The translations under genes and the position numbers were made by a program. A stretch of 64,000 bases of DNA, taken from assembly GCA_051313645.2 (NCBI GenBank), contig JBNRSN020000086.1, positions 1,922,001-1,986,000 of the forward strand, given 5' to 3'. Origin of the DNA: Centroscyllium fabricii. Taxonomy: Eukaryota. The notes below the pieces were generated by a model that was not told where the DNA came from, ran no database searches, and saw nothing but the letters and a program-made list of their open reading frames with translations. This document shows, piece by piece, positions 12,683-24,818 of the stretch; the stretch's first letter is position 1, and every line of letters begins with the position of its first letter.

Positions 12683-14229
12683 TGTTCTATGCAGAAAAAT
12701 AAAGGGCATTCGTCTCTGTGTTGAACTGCGGTCGATCAGCACGATTGCAACAGGGTGAGTAAAGTTTTCCTGATGCTCCATGTGATGGAAGCATGACCTG
12801 TGCACGCACGATGCTACATCACCAATAGAGGGAGCTAATCGCTCAATCATCGAACCAATCAGGACACATTTGTTCACAGTCACACACAAAACTTGTAATT
12901 ATTAAAACAAGCCAAGAAGATAAACATGTATTGATTAAGAAATTTCTTAATGATTAAGATTCCATCTCTGTTACTAATTTTAAGAGAGGACCTGTGAAAA
13001 AAAATGGGAGAAATACAAAAAAAACCAATAATATGCTAGCATGTACTTTTTTGGGCAAAATTCCCAAGCTAAACTTCCCGTGGAAAATTTCCTGGAAATT
13101 TACCGGAAACTTTCCACCCCTTCGCCATCCTGGCCCTACTATTTCCCTGGTTATCCTTTTGCCCTTAATATACTTATAAAGCACCTTGGGATTTTCCTTT
13201 ATTTTGCCTGCCAGTGTTTTTTCATGCTACCTCTTCGCTCTCCTAATTTCTTTTTTAAGTTCTCCCATGCACTTTCTATACTTCTCTAGGGCTTCCACTC
13301 TTTTTAGACCTTTGTATCTGCCAGAAGCCTCCCTTTTTTTCCTAATCCATTCTTGTATATCCCTTGACATCCAGGGTTCCCTGGGCTTGTTGGTCCCACC
13401 CTTGACCTTCACGGGAACATGTTGGCATTGTACTCTCTCTATTTTCTTTCTGAAAGACTCCCACTGCTCTGATGTGGATTTTCCTACAAGTAGCTGATCC
13501 CAGTCCACTTTGGCCAGATCCTGCCTTATATTAAAATCAGCCTTCCCCCAATTTAGAAGCTTTGGGGGGAATTTTCATGTGGCCGTGAGGCGGGTGTTCG
13601 AGCGGGTCGGCGGTGAAAATCACTGCTTTGGTGGTCCCCGCCCCGCCAGAGCCCCGCCGATTTCCAATTTTCGGGCGGCCTGATTCCCCGGCCCGACTCG
13701 GGCCCGCCGGAGGCCAGCGGGGATGGTTGTTAAGGTCATTAAGGGCCCTTAATTGGCATCCATAATGCCATTTTAAGGGCCCTTAGCCATTTTCATGTGT
13801 TTCCCACCCATTCCCCGTCATCTGCAAACCCCGCCGCTGAAACCTAGCGGGAAGACAATCGGATTGCTGAGTATCTGCGGCAGGTCCCTCATTGAAGCTT
13901 CACATTTAAGCAACCATCAATGGCATTCGCACCGACATTGTTGTCTCAGGCCTGGCGATACTTGCTCCAGGCTTCACCACACCTGTGGAAGGTTGGATCC
14001 TCACACACTTCTGCAGTGTGACCTGGGAAAGTCCTCTCTGCACCCTCACTGAGGCTGCCAGCACAGCCATGGGAGGCCTTTTCTTCCTTCCCTTCCTGGC
14101 GTTAGATGATCTCCAGCAGGAGCAGTTGTGACAACAGCAGCAGCATCAGCAGCAGCCACAACATGAGCCACAGGCTCCTGCTCACCCTCCGGAAGCAGCA
14201 CGGGCCAGAAGGCATCAGCGCATGGAAGC

Positions 14230-15303
14230 TCGTCGCCGTAGGAGATAACCCACAAACAGGGTCTACAGAGCCAGGGCCACCTACCTCAACATGAGTGAGC
14301 GGTGGTGCCAAATGTGGCTCCGACCTTCCTGAGAGGCAGTCACAGACATCTGCGCCATGCTACAGCAAGAGCTGGAGCCTGAACACCAGGTAGACATGCC
14401 TTACCAGTGGCCCTCAAAGTCACCACCGCAGTCAGCTTCTTTGCCTCGGGTTCATTCCAGGGATCATCAGCAGACATCAGCGGCATTTCCCAGTCGGCCG
14501 CACACACTTGCATCACGCAGGTAACCGATGCCCTTTTCTCCCTCGCCCCCAATTTCATCCATTTCACCAGGGATCATGCAAGTGTGAGGGGGCGAGCGAT
14601 TGGATTAGCTCATCTGGCAGGCTTCCCAAGGGTGCAGGGCATCATTGACTGCACACATGTGGCCCTTAGGGCACCCACCAACAACCCAGTTGTTTTTGTC
14701 AACCGCAAGGGCTTCCACTCGCTCAATGTTCAGCTTGTGTGTGACCACAAGAAGGAGATTTTGCATGTGTGTGCCAGGTACCCTGGCAGTTGCCATGACT
14801 CCTTCGTCGTGCGCCACTCAACGTTGCCTGAGCTCTTCACTCCGCCAGACGAAATTCCGGGATGGCTACTTGGCTGCTATCCCCTCCGGACTTGGCTTAT
14901 GATGCCAGTGAGGAGGCCAGGCAACGTGGCTGAGGAGAACTACAACTCCAGACACACCTCCACCAGATGCATTATAGAGCACACCATCGGCTTGCTCAAG
15001 ATGCATTTCAGATGCTTGGACAGATCAGGTGGAGCCCTGCAATACTCACCAGCCAGGGTCTCCAAAATGGTAGTGGTTTGCTGTGCACTTCACAACATGG
15101 CACAGCGTCGTGGCTTGCAGATTCCTGACCAAGACCTGGCTCCTCGCATACCGTCCTCGGAGGAGGAGGAGCAGGAGGAGGAGGATGAGGAGGAGGAAGA
15201 CAACGAGGTGCCTCCAGCGCGACATCAGCCACCGGCAGCGTTACGCGAGAACATTGCCGCACGGCAAGCAAGGCATGAGCTCATCCTTGCAAGATTTCAT
15301 TAG
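14230..15303 (+). pseudogene. Harbinger DDE transposase (HARBI1-like), disrupted
   Basis: [64 protein letters not shown]. The usual LGDxGYP motif reads LGCYP, so the second catalytic Asp is missing. N-terminus frameshifted. Confidence 0.9.
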
Positions 15304-16753
15304 CCTACTCAAGGCAGCTTCTGTAACTATCAGCATCTTAACTGCGCATCCTGATTGGCAAACACCATGCGCTTCCATACCTCATGGCTCCATGATCCAC
15401 AGTATTCCAAGAAGTTGTGAGTGTCGGGGGTGGCCTTGTGGGGGTCACAATTGTCTCTGAGTGCCTTCAGCGCTTGCAGAGGCTCCCAGGCCCCTGAGAC
15501 TGCGCACAGTACACTGAGGCTCAGGTTCTCCATCCATCAGAAGCAATGGTTTCCAGCTTAGCCGCTGCAAAGCTGGTTTAAGGGCAAAGAGCAGCATCAC
15601 ATGAAATCATGTACACAGAATCATTAAACGGTGGCATTCTTATATAAAGTTTAATAACAAAATACAGCAACCATGGGGTTAGGGTTATCTGATCCCAACC
15701 ATCACACCTAGCTACAGGCAGCTGTGAAAGTTCACAGATTCAATCTGAGCACTGCAGAAGTTCAGCCAGTCCAGTTTTGAGATTGCATTTTGCTTTCGGT
15801 TGTCCTTCAGGGTCTCCCGCTGTCACGTGCTCCCCCTCCCTTTTCAACTGCGCGATACCTTCACAGCACCCATCTGCTTCTGCTCTGGTGGTCTCAGAGA
15901 CTTCGTGGCTACAATCAACCCTCTCAAAGTTCCTCCAGCGACTGAGGGCTTCACTTTGAACTCTTCCAACTACTTCCTTCATCCTCTCCTGCTCCAGAGA
16001 TGTACCGCACAGTCCTGCTAGCGCTGTCGTGTTTCTTTTTCAAACTTTCCTGACTGTGCCTTAAACTGTCGTGGAGGTGTTTCAGGGCTGCCCATCCCCT
16101 CATCTACGACGACATACTTAACACAGTTCTCACAGCTTTTTGGAGAGGCCTGGTTGGACCATAATCTTCAGAAGCGAGGCATGCTGCCTCCATCGCTGAT
16201 TCGCCCTGTCCTTCAGGGTGATGTGTTGTGGGGGGGCCAGCTGCACAATGCAAATGTTGGATGCGTGGTCAGTTTGCACCTTTAATCGTTATCCACGTTC
16301 ATCCTTATGAAGTTTAGTTATGTTCAGTGTTTATCCTTATGATGTTTGGTTCTGTTCAACGTTAATCGTTATGATCTTTGGTCGCTCTCCAGTGTGTTGG
16401 TTCTGATGGTTGGATTGTTCCCAGCTTCATTGTTGTGCTCGCTGGTGTGTCCGTTCTTTCAGGTAAGTCACATTCAATGACCTTCAGCCTTCACCATGGG
16501 CCTCCTGTCTGCTTTGGAACCTTCTGCCTTTTGCTGTAACTCCTTCTGTTAACGTGCGGCTGCATCATTGCACAACTGTGAGGGCTTAGTGAGTGTTGGC
16601 CAGCCTGCATAAGGCGTCAATGTGGAATGGCCATTCGTGAGGTTCCAGACGTGCCAAGTGCATGAGGTCCCATGACCCTTCGTGGGCGATGCTAATAAGT
16701 GACTAAACCCTTAATTAAACCATATCCTATCACCTAAGTGACTCCCCTTGTGC

Positions 16754-18757
16754 CTAATAGTGCTTCATTTTTCTCTTGCGCGTGCTTCTACGTGGTGCTG
16801 GCCCTGTGGTGTCAGCAAATGTGGAGGCCCCCTGCTCAGTTTCCTGCTGCTCCTGTGTCGACACCTTTGGCGGGCGTCCTCTGGGGCGGCGAGCCTGTGA
16901 GGACTCGCCACCAATCTGCTGCTCCTGCGACTGGGCAGGGGATGAGACTTCCATCTCAGTTGGATGGGGACTCCAGCGGGCCTCTGGCCGAGGGCGCTGC
17001 AGTGGCATGGAACTGGGAGCGCTTGGAGAGGAGCCCCCACTTCCTGCAGGTGTGCCACCAACCTCCCTCTCATGGGTCAGGTCCCCCTCAGCGCCTGCAA
17101 GTGGCTGGACAGCACCTTGCTGCACATCAGGGGGGCCATGGGGACCCGTATCTGCACTGGAAGTCCTACTCAGAAGGACTTCCATGAAGGTCTGGTTCTT
17201 GTGTTCAATAGATGCCCATCGCTCCTCAAGAGATGTCACTCTATCCTGAACACTCACCATGTTTTCCATACACTGGTGACTTATCTCCTCCATGGCCGTA
17301 GCCATCCTCTCCTCCACTGTAGCCATCCTTTCCATGGAGGTTGCCATCCTTCCCATGGTGATGCGGTCATGCGCCAATGACTCCAGAAAGGCTCTGCTCA
17401 TGTTCGCTACGGACTCCTCCATTCGCTTCACACTCGCAGCTACCTCAGAGACAAAACCTGCCAGAGACTCCTGCATCTCTGTATGGAGTCCCATCAGCTG
17501 TACTCTGCCGGATGGACCCAGAGGCAGAGGGTCCACATGCAGCTGAGCTAAGCTGGCAGAGTCCTGCGCCCTCCGACTAGGACTCTCCAATACTGTCCCT
17601 GTCTCCACAATCTGCTGAGGCTCACTTGTGATTTGTGATTCAACCGGTGACAATACTAAGCTATGTCTCGAGGGTCCCACCGAGGTGCAAGTATCTGCGC
17701 TGGTGCTGCGTGCCCTCAGTGCTGCTGATGCTGCGCCCTTAGAGGTTGGCGCTTCCTCTGAGGATTCCAACTGGGCAGGCTTTTCAGCTGAAACACTGGT
17801 CACCTGCTCTGCCGATGGTCCTGTGGGGCAGTAAAGGAAGATGTTAGAGATGTGCTACCAAGGTTACATTCACATAGCATTTAGCAGATGAGCACAAGTC
17901 CATCTGATGTACTTTTAGATTCATTGTGGCCGACTCATGTGATAGCTATGATAGAGATTTTAAACAGTTCTGTCACCAGCTTGCGACACTGCCCCTGCCT
18001 CTCCTTCTCCCACTCCCGACGCATCTCCATCCCCCACAGTCTCGAGAACTCCTTCCTCCCAGGGGGTGAGCTGGGTGATGGAGGGTGGGCCTCCTCCGGT
18101 CCTGGCTCGGTCCTGGCTCTCTCCCGCGTGTTGCTGTCTCTCTTTTGCTGCAATGAGGGAGACAAGTGGCGGTTGAGTGACAATGAAGGAGCTTGTGCAC
18201 AGCAAAGATAGTTGGAGGGAGAGAAAGATGGAGTAAGGCTGCAAGACCAAGGGCTCTCCCTGTGTGCTGTCAGATGTGCTGCAAGCATCAGAGTGAGAAG
18301 GAGTGAGAGGGCTGCATGGTCGAAAAGGCCTGTGAATGTGAGCATAGAGAGAAAGGGAATGGGTAAGGGTGCTTGGATGTGATAGTGAAGTGGGATGTGG
18401 AGGAAGGGATTGGTGAAGCTAAGTGATGGTGAGGGAAGGCGAGGGGATCAGAGTGAGGGTGAATGGAACTTCATACTTACTTTAGCAGTCCCATGCAGGT
18501 CATGGAATCTCTTCCTGCACTGGATCCATGACCGTGGTGTGAGGCCCACGGAGTTAAGCCCCCTCAGCCACCTGCAGTCAGGCAGCCTTCGTCTGGGAGG
18601 GAGGTCTCTTCCTCCCTGAGGAGGGGAAGAGAACCTCCCCGTTGGCCCGAGCCCCCTCTAATAAGGAATCTAAGGAAGCCTCGTCGAATTTGGGTGCGGG
18701 TCGTCCCCTCCCGCTGCCCGATGCAGCATCCTCACGCTCTGCTATCCTGCTGAACGT
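16754..18757 (-). pseudogene. Harbinger Myb/SANT DNA-binding protein, 3 exons (about 18757-18481, 18147-17977, 17820-16754)
   Basis: APKFDEASLDSLLE...RSWIQCRKRFHDL|GTAAGT. Exon 2 has RARTGGGPP. Canonical AG/GT sites. The 349-aa terminal ORF has a coiled-coil-like segment, RPRGRPPK and a basic C-terminus. Stops and frameshifts in exons 1-2. Confidence 0.8.
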
Positions 18758-19604
18758 TAGCAGAAGGCTGAGGAGTGCGGGAGGCGAGCTGTGTGCATTA
18801 AAAGAAACGGGAATGCTGACGTCAAACTGTGCGACTTTCTGACTGGAAATCCTAGATTGAGAAGGCTTCCCACACGCGGGAATTTAATTGGGTACTTTGC
18901 CCAAAATACCGTGGGACTCGCAGACACTTTAGCGGGCGGGCCAGAAAGCTGAACCGCCCCAAACCCGACAATTTCCTGCACTTCCGGCAAAATTCCCCCC
19001 TTTATTTTCTGGTCTATCTTTGTCCTTTTCCATGACTACCTTAAATCTCACCAAACTATGGTCACTGTCACCAAAATGCTCTCCTACTGACACATCTACC
19101 ACTTGCCCGGCTACACTCACTAGAATTAGGTCCCGTACCGCCCCCTCTCTTGCAGGACTTTCTACATGCTGGCTCAAAAAACTCTCCTGGATGCACTTTA
19201 AGAATTCCGCTCCCTCTAAGTCTTTCACACTCTGACTACCCCAGTTAATATTGGGGAAGTTGAAATCCCCTACTATTATTACCCTATTATTTTTACACTT
19301 CTCTGAGATTTGCCGACATATCTGTTCCTCTATCTCCCCCTGACTGTTTGGGGGCCTATAGTACATTCCCAGCAATGTGCTTGCCCCATTTTTGTTTTTA
19401 AGTTCTACCCATATGGCCTCATCAGAGGAACCTGCTAAGATATCATCCCTCCTTACAGCAGTAATTGACTCCTTGATTAATATTGTGACACCCCCTCCTC
19501 TTTTACTCCCCCCTCTGTCTCGCCTGAAGATTCTATACCCCGGAATATTGAGCTGCCAGTCCTGCCCCTCCCTCAACCATGTCTCTGTGATAGCAACAAT
19601 ATCA

Positions 19605-20606
19605 TAATAATAATAATAATAATAATTCAACTTTATTGTCATTATACAGGTTGAGCACCGTTAATCCGGTAACCGAATAGCCGGCAGCTTCAGTCTGCCG
19701 GCACAAATTGCCCCGACTGCACTGCGCATGCGCAAAATGGCAGCCGCCATCGTGGCTTCAACGAATGATCTGCGCATGCGCTCGGCGCATGCGCAGATCA
19801 TTCAAAACAGCTGCGGGTGTTTTGAATGATCTGCGCATGCGTCGCCGGAAGGTTAGCGCATGCGCAGATAATTCAATACGGCCGCCGGTTATTTTATCGA
19901 TAACTGTAATTGAAGCCATGATGTGGAGGTGCTGGTGTTGGACTGGGATGGACAATTGTAAGAAGCCACACAGCACCAGGCTGTAGTCCAAAAGTCCCAC
20001 TCGAAATCACAGGGCCTTCGGAGCGCTGCTCCCCCATCACCTGACGGGGAAGCGGCGCTCCGAAAGCCCGTGACCCCAACTAAAACCGTTGGACCACAGC
20101 CTGGCGCCGTGTGACCTCTTACAGAGCAAAACGGGATTGGATAAATTCCCCGCGCCACCCTCCTTTCCCCCCCCCCCCCCCGGACCCGCGCCTTCCTCCT
20201 CCCCCCCCGGACCCGCGCCACGCCACGCCACCCTCCTGCCTCCCCCCGCAAGACCGGCCTTTCACTGCTGCCCGACAGCCCTAAACGGAACGCCACAAAA
20301 GCCTGAGCCCATCAAAAAACTTCGCGGCGGCCAATATTGGACGATCTGCGCATGTGCGCGCCAGCCAATACCAATGTTGCGCGCATGCGCGCTGCCATTG
20401 TGACTGGTGCGCATGCGCAGTGTCCAAACTCGTTCTCCCGGTTTTTTCCATTTCCCGGCACGGGCCTGGTCCCGCCCGTGCCGGATTAACGGTGCTCAAC
20501 CTGTACAATGTACAAGTACATAAACAACGAAATGTGATCTTGCAAGCTCCCAAGAGTCCAGCAAAGCCGCTGCGTCTGTGCGCGCCGCCATTCCATCTTT
20601 CCATCT
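19605..20606 (-). mobile_element. Very short Rex1/Babar-derived non-autonomous retroelement, split by a MITE
   Basis: The minus strand reads atggcggcgcgcacag...gggagcttgcaagatcacatttcgttg...tgta[MITE]taatgacaataaagttgaa(tta)n. It is homologous to the Rex tail at 25260-25330. Possible tcata TSD within the CR1 endonuclease. Confidence 0.6.
19647..20503. mobile_element. Tigger/pogo-like MITE containing a Penelope-type palindrome (19912-20123)
   Basis: TA TSD and perfect TIR caggttgagcaccgttaatccgg. Confidence 0.88.
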
Positions 20607-21249
20607 TCATACTCCCATGTGTTCATCAACACCTTCAATTCATCTGCCTTACTTGCAAGACTCCTTGCATTAAAATAAATGCCATCCAGCCTTGCCATAC
20701 TCCCTTGTGCCGTTACATATTTGCTCTGCCTTTCAGACTGACTTGGTTTTTTCCTCTATATTTGGCTGTGCATCACCCCCTGCTATAGCTTCACTCCATA
20801 GCCCAGCAGCAGAAGCGTATTCAATACTTTCGTTGATGTCTCCTTCACAACTCCCACTCTCTGCCACTAACCCACCAAGGAACACAGGAACGGGATTAGG
20901 CCATTTAGCCCCTTGAATCTGTTCTGCTATTCAGTGAGATCACGGCTGATATCTAAACCCCTCCTGACAGCGCTCCTCCGAGTATAATTGGGGAGTCTAA
21001 GACTAGAGGGCATAGCCTAAAAGTTAGAGCCAAGCTTTTCAGGAGTGAGGTTAGGAACCACTTCCACACGCAAAGGGTGGTTAGAAGTTCTGCAAACAGC
21101 AGTCGATGCTGGGCCAATTGTTAACTTTAATACTGAGCTTGATACATTTTTGTCAACCAAAGGTATGAAGGGATATGGGGCAAAGGTGGGTATCTGGAGT
21201 TAGGTCACAGATCAATCAGGATCTCATTGAATGGCGAAATGGACGTTGT

Positions 21250-21625
21250 TTCAAGCTCCACTCCCGAGAGTTAAGAACAACAATCCAGGCTGACGCTCCA
21301 GTGCAGTGCCGAGGGAGTGCTGCCGTTTTTCGGATGAGATGTTAAACCGAGGCCCCGTCTGTCCTCTCAGGTGGACCTAAAAGATCCCATGGCCGCTATT
21401 TCGTAGAAGAGCAGGGGCGTTCTCCCTGGTGTCCTGGCCAATATTTGTCCCTTAATCAGCATCACTAAAACAGATTATCTGGACATTATCACATTTGTGG
21501 GAGCTTGCTGTGCTGTGCGCAAATTGGCTGCAGCGTTTCCAACATTACAACAGTGACTACACTTCAAAAGTATTTCATTGACTGTAAAGCGCTTTTGGGG
21601 CATCCTGAGTTTGTGAAAGGCACTA
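21250..21625 (+). mobile_element. SacSINE1-like DeuSINE
   Basis: Deu-domain sequence (ccgaggccccgtctg...aaagatcccatgg...gaagagcagggg) and L2-type tail. Confidence 0.75.
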
Positions 21626-22280
21626 TGGGGGAAACATTGGGTGGCTTGCGCCAGCCGTTAGCGCCCTAAGAGGGCTGCTAATGGGGCGCAAGGCACCTAG
21701 TGCCTGGGCTGGCGCCTCCCGCGATATTCAACGGGGTGCTGACGGCAGCCAGTAGCGCCCTGTGGCACTGCGCCGTTAGCGATGAAGTCATCACCGTGCG
21801 CAGCGCCTCGCTTGCGCTCCGGCCACGAACCTCAGTCGCGCCCCCTGACTTAGCGCCGGACACTGTCACCAACAGGGTCAGGGGGACGCAGTTGCAGCCG
21901 GGCCAGCGCTACCGTCCCCGGCCTTCCCCGATGCGCCCCCCCCCCCCCACCGCGGAGTGCCGGCTGTACTCCGTGAGCCCGGCACTTCCCTCGAGTACCG
22001 GGCTCCTTTGCCGGCACTCCGATCCCCGGATGCCCAGCGGGGCTCTGGGCCGCGCCGCGCTAGGCCACTCCCCTTTAAGAAGGGGAGGGAGGCCTGCAGT
22101 ACCGCGGCGCGGCGTGCTGCAGAGCGTGGCCCGAATTTCCGTTGTTGCGCCCAAGGAACGAGGTGGGGACGCCTGCAGTAGCGCCCCACCTCCGACTTGG
22201 GGCGCTAAAACCCAATATAAGGCGCAACGGCGCTAACTTTTTCGGGGCGCTACTTTCTGAGGTTAACGCCCCAAAAGTCA
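21626..22280. mobile_element. GC-rich Harbinger-like non-autonomous fragment
   Basis: Starts gggggaaacattggg. Internal tagcgcccc/ggggcgcta repeats. Right TIR not found. Confidence 0.45.
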
Positions 22281-22703
22281 TTCTTTTTACAGGCTCGAGG
22301 AGCTAAATGGCCTCCTCCTGTTCCTACGTTGCTATAATCTGCACATCATCCTGATGCTTCCCAAATGACATGACCTTTGTCTTTATGTTAATGTGTAACA
22401 CATTTTCTACTTTCCACTTACACCTTGTCAGTTAGTCTCCGCTAATCTGATTTAGATGTTGCTATAAGGTCAATGTCATTGGCAAATCTGAGATTGCTTA
22501 AAATCTTGGCACTTAAAAAGAATCCTCCAATATCATCGAATTTACAGTGCAGAAACAGGCCATTCGGCCCAGCAGGTCTATGCCAGTGTTTATGCTCCAC
22601 ACGTGTCTCCTCTCCCTTTATTTACTTCATCTCACCCGATCAACATATCCTTCTATTCCTTGGCTGTAAAGCGCTTTATTTTTACCTATAGCTTCCTCTT
22701 AAA

Positions 22704-23100
22704 TGGGCGGCACGGTGGTATAGTGGTGAGCACTGTTGCCTCACAGCACTGGAGACCCGGGTTCAAATCCAGCCTCGGGTGACCGTCTGTGTGGAGTTTG
22801 CACATTCTCCCCGTGTCTGCGTGGGTTTCCTCCGGGTGCTCCGGTTTCCTCCTACAGTCCAAAGATGTGCGGGTTAGGTTGATTGGCCATGATAAATTGA
22901 CCCTTAGTGTTGGGGGGATTGAATGTGTGGGGTTGCGGGGGGTAGGGTGGGATATGTGTCGGTGCAGGCTCGATGGGGATATGGGGAGAAGGCAGGGACA
23001 GGGTGCTGGGTTTGGATGATCAGCCATGATCTCATTGAATGGCGGAGCAGGCTCGAAGGGCCGAATGGTCTACTCCTGCTCCTATCTTCTATGTTTCTAT
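22704..23100 (+). mobile_element. HE1-like V-SINE, full length
   Basis: tRNA head, V-domain and CR1-type tail. Confidence 0.88.
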
Positions 23101-23303
23101 AATGTGGAGGTGCCGGTGTTGGACTGGGGTGGACAAATGCAAGAAGTCACACAACACCAGATTATAGTCCAACAGTTTTATTTTAAATCACAAGCTTTCG
23201 GAGCTTTTGCCCCTTCGTCAAGGTGAAAGAGAGACTCTTTCACCTTGACGAAGGGACAAAAGCTCCGAAAGCTTGTGATTTAAAATAAAACTGTTGGACT
23301 ATA
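23101..23303. mobile_element. Penelope-type inverted terminus (hairpin) with a hammerhead-like motif in each arm
   Basis: Near-perfect palindrome 23163-23303 centred on gaaagagagactctttc. Arm motif tcac-cttgacga...ctccGAAAgcttgtga. Confidence 0.75.
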
Positions 23304-23309
23304 CTATGT

Positions 23310-24630
23310 TTCTATGTATCTTTTAGTGCGAGGTTCATTACTGCTTCCAGTACTAGATTAAATAAATCTGGTGATGGTGTGCATCCTTGTCTCACCCCAA
23401 CTGGTGATCTAAAGCAACATGTTGGTTTCCTATCCACTCTAACAGCGCACAGGGATTTGTTATAGGTGTTTTCTATCAGACTCAACAAGTTTCTCAGGAA
23501 TACCATACATCCTCAAGACATGCCATATCGCACCTCGCCATACCTTGTCAAAGGCCTGCTTCAACTCTTATGAAGTTGTTGTAACAATGGATGTTGTGTT
23601 CTGCAAATCCCTCTGAAATCTGTCGTAGCACAAACAGTTGACCTATTGTTCTTTGTCCTGGTATAAATCCAGCTTGTTCTTCATGCCGTACTGTCTCTAC
23701 ATCTTTTCATTCTCCTCTCCAGTATCCTCGGAAATACTTTACCAGAGATACCCAATAAACTGATGCCTCTGCGGTTGCTCTTGTTTCCTTTATTTGTGAA
23801 TGTTGCTATTACTGTCGTCTCTCCCCAGTCTTTGGGTACTTGCTCCTTTTCATTAGTTTTGTTAAACAGCACTTGCATCACTTTCACAGTATGTTTCTCA
23901 CCCTGTTGCAACAACTCTGCAGTTATAGAATCGATACCAGGAGCCTTGTTCTTTATTTCAAGCTATCAATAGAAATCTTCACTTTGTCTTTCAAGAAATC
24001 CAGCATCAACTCAACAAGAACTTGCATTTATATAGCATCTTTAATGTCGTAAAACATCCCAGGGTGTGTCACAGGAACTTTTTAATCAAAATTTGACACC
24101 GAGCGACATAAGGAAATATTAGGACAGATAACCAAAAGCTTGGTCAAAGAGGTCGGTTTTAAGGAGCATCTTAAAGGAGGAGAGAGAGGCGGAGAGGTTT
24201 AGGGAGGGAATTCCAGAGCTTAGGGCCTTGGCAACTGACGGCTTGGACGCCAATGGTGGAGTGACGAAAATCGGGGATGTTCAAGAGGCCAGAATTAGAG
24301 GAGCGCAGATATCTCGGAGGGTTGTGAACTTGTGGGGCTCCACTTGTACAGGGCGGTTTCTCCAGAGCTGATTCGTCGTCCATGCTCTGTACAGATCTTC
24401 AAAACCTGTTCGTCCTCAATTATCTGAACATTTTGGTTTTTCACCGTAGCCATTTTAAGTTTATAAGCTTTTAAGCTTTCTTCGTTCTTCACTCAACTCC
24501 AGCACCGCTTCCCTTATTCATTTCTGTTTCTTAGTGTTATTTTGAGACCCAATACTTCTTCTGTCGTTCTTCATATTTCATTTTTGATGGTGTTCCATGT
24601 CTCTTCCCTGTCCATTTCTTCAGTTATTGC
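23310..24630 (-). mobile_element. Decayed RTE-clade LINE RT fragment interrupted by an L2 3' end (about 24010-24330)
   Basis: VPKDWGE...RGISLLGISGKVF, QAGFIPGQRT and VGVRQGCTPSPDLFNL on the minus strand. Confidence 0.75.
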
Positions 24631-24635
24631 GGGTA

Positions 24636-24818
24636 CAGGTTGAAGTTCGTTAATCCGGCACCCGAAAAACCGGCAACTTCAAAAGTTCGGCAATAATTTC
24701 ACGGCGGCCATTTTGAATGGTCTGCGTATGCGCTCGCCGAAACTTCAATGGTTGGGGATTTTCACTTGTCCGGTACGGGCCTAGTCCCGCCCGTGCCGGA
24801 TTAACGAACTTCAACCTG
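24636..24818. mobile_element. Tigger/pogo-like MITE (shortest copy)
   Basis: TA TSD. The variant TIR caggttgaagttcgttaatccggcac is present at both ends. Confidence 0.85.

Larger units (their letters stand above)
9827..13132 (-). mobile_element. Full-length hAT DNA transposon
   Basis: Perfect 8-bp TSD gccctact (9819-9826, 13133-13140). Imperfect TIRs tagggttgcaaa / ttcgccatcctg. Subterminal ggaaa/ttcc repeats and a transposase gene inside. Confidence 0.9.
13564..19000. mobile_element. Full-length PIF/Harbinger transposon (5.4 kb)
   Basis: TIR ggggggaatttt / aaaattcccccc and 3-bp TSD ttt. Contains convergent transposase and Myb/SANT genes. Confidence 0.92.
7972..20790 (-). mobile_element. CR1 LINE ORF2 (APE endonuclease + RT) pseudogene, split by four nested insertions
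   Basis: Collinear pieces: YFNARSL/DIVAITETWL/IIVGDFNFP (20700-19001), 13563-13133, KSPGPNEMYPR...NYRPVSLTS (9826-9365), QHGFVKGRSCLTNL...GVPQG...FADDT...[10 protein letters not shown] (9272-8048) and the 3' tail. The flanks rejoin across each insertion's TSD. Confidence 0.92.

Noticed and set aside
14407-15303. Domesticated HARBI1 gene
   Set aside because: It lies within TIRs and a TSD inside a CR1, is frameshifted, and lacks a catalytic residue.
22380-22470. Direct similarity to 7620-7700
   Set aside because: Both lie beside RTE fragments and are most simply two decayed copies of the same LINE.
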